Part shown: positions 45,276-48,365 of the stretch, in pieces
Layout: each line of letters begins with the position of its first letter
How positions within the stretch are numbered: position 1 is the first letter of the stretch
Origin: a virus
Lineage: Duplodnaviria > Caudoviricetes
Reading direction: 5' to 3' (one strand)
DNA: 48,365 bases
Virus record (IMG/VR): IMGVR_UViG_3300020045_006172
Span: 1-48,365 of that record
The notes under the pieces: generated by a model
The model's input: the letters and a program-made list of their open reading frames with translations, nothing else
Told to the model about the DNA's origin: nothing
Database searches by the model: none
Program-made: the position numbers and the translations under genes

Positions 45276-45789
45276 TTGTTTTCACGTTAAAATTTATATA
45301 ATTCTCGTTATCTTTATTTGGACAACTAGATAAATCTATACCATCTGGTATTTTAACGTTCAATTGGTCTTCTATTTCTTGTTTTAGGCTTTCATCTCGG
45401 TTTAGTATTTTAATTATTTTGTTGTCTAGGGTAAGACCAAAATGTTTCATTAAAAAACCAATAACTATATCTTTATTTGGCAGATAACTGTATTTTCCAT
45501 CTAAATATAAGTCTACTATATTAAATAAATCTTCAGGTATATCAAAAATATATAACACTTCCCTTTTATTTATATCTATAGTTTCTTTATAATATTTATT
45601 TGATTCTAATTCTTTTTCATATTGTGTAAATTCTTTTTTAGCGGAGAATTCATACCGCAAACAAAAACTATATTCATTATTATAAAAGGTATATGTATTA
45701 AGTAATTTGTTTATAAACTTAATTGGTATATATTCATTTATATAAGGTAATAAATATGTCTTCGATTTATTTAATACATTAGTATTCAA
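45244..45789 (-). CDS. hypothetical protein
   Basis: 181-aa ORF with an ATGA overlap to the upstream nuclease gene. Confidence 0.7.
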   Translation of the reverse strand: MNTNVLNKSKTYLLPYINEYIPIKFINKLLNTYTFYNNEYSFCLRYEFSAKKEFTQYEKELESNKYYKETIDINKREVLYIFDIPEDLFNIVDLYLDGKYSYLPNKDIVIGFLMKHFGLTLDNKIIKILNRDESLKQEIEDQLNVKIPDGIDLSSCPNKDNENYINFNVKTNEKEEYIDKD

Positions 45790-46817
45790 TCAGTTACATT
45801 TTTATCTTCATGTTTTATGTCACCTGATTTTAATGATTTATAATACACATATTCATTTAATAATTCATTTGTGCCTTTATAATACTCTCCATTAATTTCA
45901 AAACCTTTTAAAGCATTTTCATGCATGGCTTGTGTTACAGTCATAACTGTATGTGTAAAATGCATCCTACTTATATACATAAATCTAAATTCTTTTACTT
46001 CATAGTCTTTATATATAGGATGATTCTTTAATTCCTCTTTAAGAAGTAATAAGTATAAACTAGATTGAATATAATAATTCCAACCTAAATATCCATTCTC
46101 AAAAAATTCTTCTGCTTTTCCAGATCCTGTTTTTAAATCATAAGGATATATTACTTTATTCTTATTATCTATTACTACAAAATCTAGCATACCTTTTATT
46201 TCAATATTATTTACTTTACCTAGTAATTTAACTTGAGGTATAATTTTAAATCCATATTCTTCTGGTTTAACAAGCATTGGGTACTCTTTTTTAAGAGTAT
46301 CAACTACTTTAATAGCAGAATAATATAAATATTCAGATATAATAAATGAATTTTCTGGACACTTAGATAATATATTAAAATATTCTTCATAATTTTTTAA
46401 TCCAGTTAATCTTTTATTACTTCTAGCATTAATATCAACTGCTTTTCCTCCTTTATGATATTCAATTATATCACACATTTTATTAATTAATTCCCAATTA
46501 TCTTTATGAAATAAATCATCTTTATTAGGAAGAAATTGCTTATTCTTTGCTAGCAATCTTAATAAATCTTTTGCTTTTCCAGTAGGTTTTTTTTTAACAA
46601 TAAATACATTATCTGGCATTTTATTTTCAGTAATTAAATTATCTACTAATTTACCTACCATGACACCATCTAATTCATTTATATTTTTATTTCTAGTACC
46701 ATTTACAGTTAATTCTCCTCCTTGCTTTTTAATATCACTTAATAATGAATAACTGGGAAATGGCATATCCCTATAAACTTCCTCAGTACATTGTATGCCT
46801 ATTGTGTTTTCATCCAC
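45786..46817 (-). CDS. PD-(D/E)xK exonuclease (RecE/Cas4-like fold)
   Basis: 'SYSLL...G..VD...KGMLDF......YDLKT...Y.IQ..LY'. Confidence 0.8.
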   Translation of the reverse strand: MDENTIGIQCTEEVYRDMPFPSYSLLSDIKKQGGELTVNGTRNKNINELDGVMVGKLVDNLITENKMPDNVFIVKKKPTGKAKDLLRLLAKNKQFLPNKDDLFHKDNWELINKMCDIIEYHKGGKAVDINARSNKRLTGLKNYEEYFNILSKCPENSFIISEYLYYSAIKVVDTLKKEYPMLVKPEEYGFKIIPQVKLLGKVNNIEIKGMLDFVVIDNKNKVIYPYDLKTGSGKAEEFFENGYLGWNYYIQSSLYLLLLKEELKNHPIYKDYEVKEFRFMYISRMHFTHTVMTVTQAMHENALKGFEINGEYYKGTNELLNEYVYYKSLKSGDIKHEDKNVTD

Positions 46818-46836
46818 ATTCTATATAATTTTGAGA

Positions 46837-47310
46837 TTAATAATCTATTATTATCTCAATTTTACGTTTGTTTAGTTCATCTATTTCAATAAACTCATAT
46901 GATATTTTAGTTATTATACTAACATTATCATCTTTAATTACATTATTTAATGTTAATGTATCATTTCCAATTTTTACCCATAAAGAAGCTAAATTTTCAA
47001 TATCCCATGTAGGAATATATGTTTTAGTAGCTGGTTTCCAACATAATTTTCCTGATCTCATAGAAATACTTCCATGATTTATAACTGTATATATTTTATA
47101 AGTTATTTGTTTTACTTTAGTAATATTTAATCCTTTATAAGGAATCATATATAAACTTAAATATTCATGTAAATCATATACGATCTTAGATCTTGTAAAT
47201 CTATGTATAGCTCCAGAATATAAACCTTGATTATTTAATTTCTGATATTTATTAGCTGATTTATTACAATGGGTCCAGAATTCTGGAATAACTATTTTAA
47301 TTTGACTCAA
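46837..47310 (-). CDS. RusA-like Holliday junction resolvase
   Basis: Acidic pattern 'WDIENL...K...DTL....IKDDN' resembles the RusA D-x-D-N...D...DD motif. Confidence 0.6.
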   Translation of the reverse strand: MSQIKIVIPEFWTHCNKSANKYQKLNNQGLYSGAIHRFTRSKIVYDLHEYLSLYMIPYKGLNITKVKQITYKIYTVINHGSISMRSGKLCWKPATKTYIPTWDIENLASLWVKIGNDTLTLNNVIKDDNVSIITKISYEFIEIDELNKRKIEIIIDY

Positions 47311-47500
47311 ATTCTTTTAAGTATAAATCAATTAAATTCTTTGTTTTTTCTAGATCTTCTTTAAATAATCCTTTCTTTCTACATCTTACCACTCTTTTTA
47401 AAATATCAAATTCATAGGCATTTAAATCATGATCTTCTGCAAATTTATATAAACTACCTTTAGAATTATTATAATAATCAGGTGTTTTATTTTCTTCCAT
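47297..47500 (-). CDS. DUF3310-like protein
   Basis: 'P.YY...F..D..L...E.DI.K...R...K....EDLEK....I' pattern. Confidence 0.6.
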   Translation of the reverse strand: MEENKTPDYYNNSKGSLYKFAEDHDLNAYEFDILKRVVRCRKKGLFKEDLEKTKNLIDLYLKEFESN

Positions 47501-47768
47501 TATTCCATCTTTTTAACATTTCATATAAATCTTTTGTATTTTCTTTATGTAATAGAATTTCTTCAAATGAACCATATTTACATTTATATCCAAATAAATA
47601 TTTAAGTCTTTTCCAAAAAGATAAATTACTTAAATGAATACTTAAATATGCAGTACTGTATATTTCTCCTTCAGAATCTATATCTTGTTGCTCATCTATA
47701 AATACTACATGTTCGTATGAAGAACAAGCACATTTTAATATTTTAGTTTTTTCATTCATAATATTCAA
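47487..47768 (-). CDS. hypothetical protein
   Basis: 93 aa with 'C.C...EH' and 'FWKRLKY.FG' motifs. Confidence 0.6.
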   Translation of the reverse strand: MNIMNEKTKILKCACSSYEHVVFIDEQQDIDSEGEIYSTAYLSIHLSNLSFWKRLKYLFGYKCKYGSFEEILLHKENTKDLYEMLKRWNNGRK

Positions 47769-48066
47769 TTGTTATTTTTGCTTTCTTTTTACCTATTATA
47801 GCATGATATATTTTTTGATTGTTATTATCTATAATACTGTTTATTTTAGGTTCAACTACTTTAGGATATAATTTATAATATTCATCAAATTCTCCTCTAG
47901 ATATTGCAAACCAAAAGTCACTATCTTCTGCTGTTGCACTATACTCAAAAGCATTATTAATTTCTTTATTAATATCAAATGTTTTATGTTTACCAGGATG
48001 TTTACATTCAGACCATCTTAGTTCTGCTAACTTTTGAATTTCTATAGGTAAATCTTTAATCTTCAT
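47752..48066 (-). CDS. hypothetical protein, paralog of 48056-48361
   Basis: Shares 'P.EIQ....L', 'F.(W/Y)....E..DFW', 'Y..YPK' and 'KK.KITIE.YE' with the adjacent ORF. Confidence 0.65.
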   Translation of the reverse strand: MKIKDLPIEIQKLAELRWSECKHPGKHKTFDINKEINNAFEYSATAEDSDFWFAISRGEFDEYYKLYPKVVEPKINSIIDNNNQKIYHAIIGKKKAKITIEYYE

Positions 48067-48361
48067 AATCTTCTATAGTTATTTTATACTTTTTATCTTT
48101 ACAAAATGCTATATAAGTTCTAGGTTCTGTAGATATTAATTCTAATTTATCTTTTGGATATTTATCATAAAAACGCTTTAAATTATCATACACAAATACA
48201 GGTCTCCAAAAATCATCACCTTCTATAGAATTAATCCAATCAAAACCTCCATTACTTCTTCCTGATTCTTTACTAATACTAATATTATAAGTATTACCTT
48301 GATGCTCTACTTCTAATTTTATTTTATTCTGAATTTCCTTTGGATATTCTCCATACATCAT
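48056..48361 (-). CDS. hypothetical protein, paralog of 47752-48066
   Basis: Contains 'GFDWINSIEGDDFW' and the shared C-terminus 'KKYKITIEDYED'. Confidence 0.65.
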   Translation of the reverse strand: MMYGEYPKEIQNKIKLEVEHQGNTYNISISKESGRSNGGFDWINSIEGDDFWRPVFVYDNLKRFYDKYPKDKLELISTEPRTYIAFCKDKKYKITIEDYED

Positions 48362-48365
48362 TTTA

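Noticed and set aside
46868-47077. + strand 69-aa ORF
   Set aside because: Antisense shadow of the RusA-like gene.
1-48365. Stop-codon reassignment (TAG=Gln or TGA=Trp), known in some crAss-like phages
   Set aside because: Genes up to 7 kb are intact in the standard code. TAG at 38114-38116 ends NrdA right after its CxxC tail, and TAG/TGA stops coincide with next-gene overlaps.
1-48365. CRISPR array, DGR/reverse transcriptase, integrase, rRNA
   Set aside because: No regularly spaced repeats, RT or recombinase motifs, or rRNA-like sequence seen by eye.

Overview
This very AT-rich window is part of a crAss-like (Crassvirales) podophage genome. The host is probably a Flavobacteriaceae/Bacteroidetes species, inferred from a class Id-type ribonucleotide reductase (RNR) and TAnnTTTG promoter motifs. 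The + strand (1-30671) is a late virion module: tail ring, IHF-like and muzzle genes, two cargo proteins, then three giant ejected proteins including a virion RNA polymerase (vRNAP, DFDID motif). A GIY-YIG endonuclease is wedged between the vRNAP and the third giant gene. The - strand (30710-48361) is a replication and nucleotide-metabolism module: PolB, ATP-dependent DNA ligase, ThyX, NrdA, an NrdB split by a group I intron carrying a GIY-YIG ORF, MazG-like, PD-(D/E)xK and RusA-like nucleases, and many small ORFs. The two modules converge on a bidirectional terminator. The standard genetic code fits. Most notable observations: (1) the three giant ejection proteins are almost Cys-free except at their facing termini, suggesting a head-to-tail disulfide chain; (2) the intron's internal guide sequence appears to be the last codons of its own endonuclease ORF; (3) the inserted endonuclease is flanked by a duplicate of the vRNAP C-terminus; (4) an unexplained ~90-nt structured element follows nrdA. 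All calls come from reading motifs by eye; no database searches were run.
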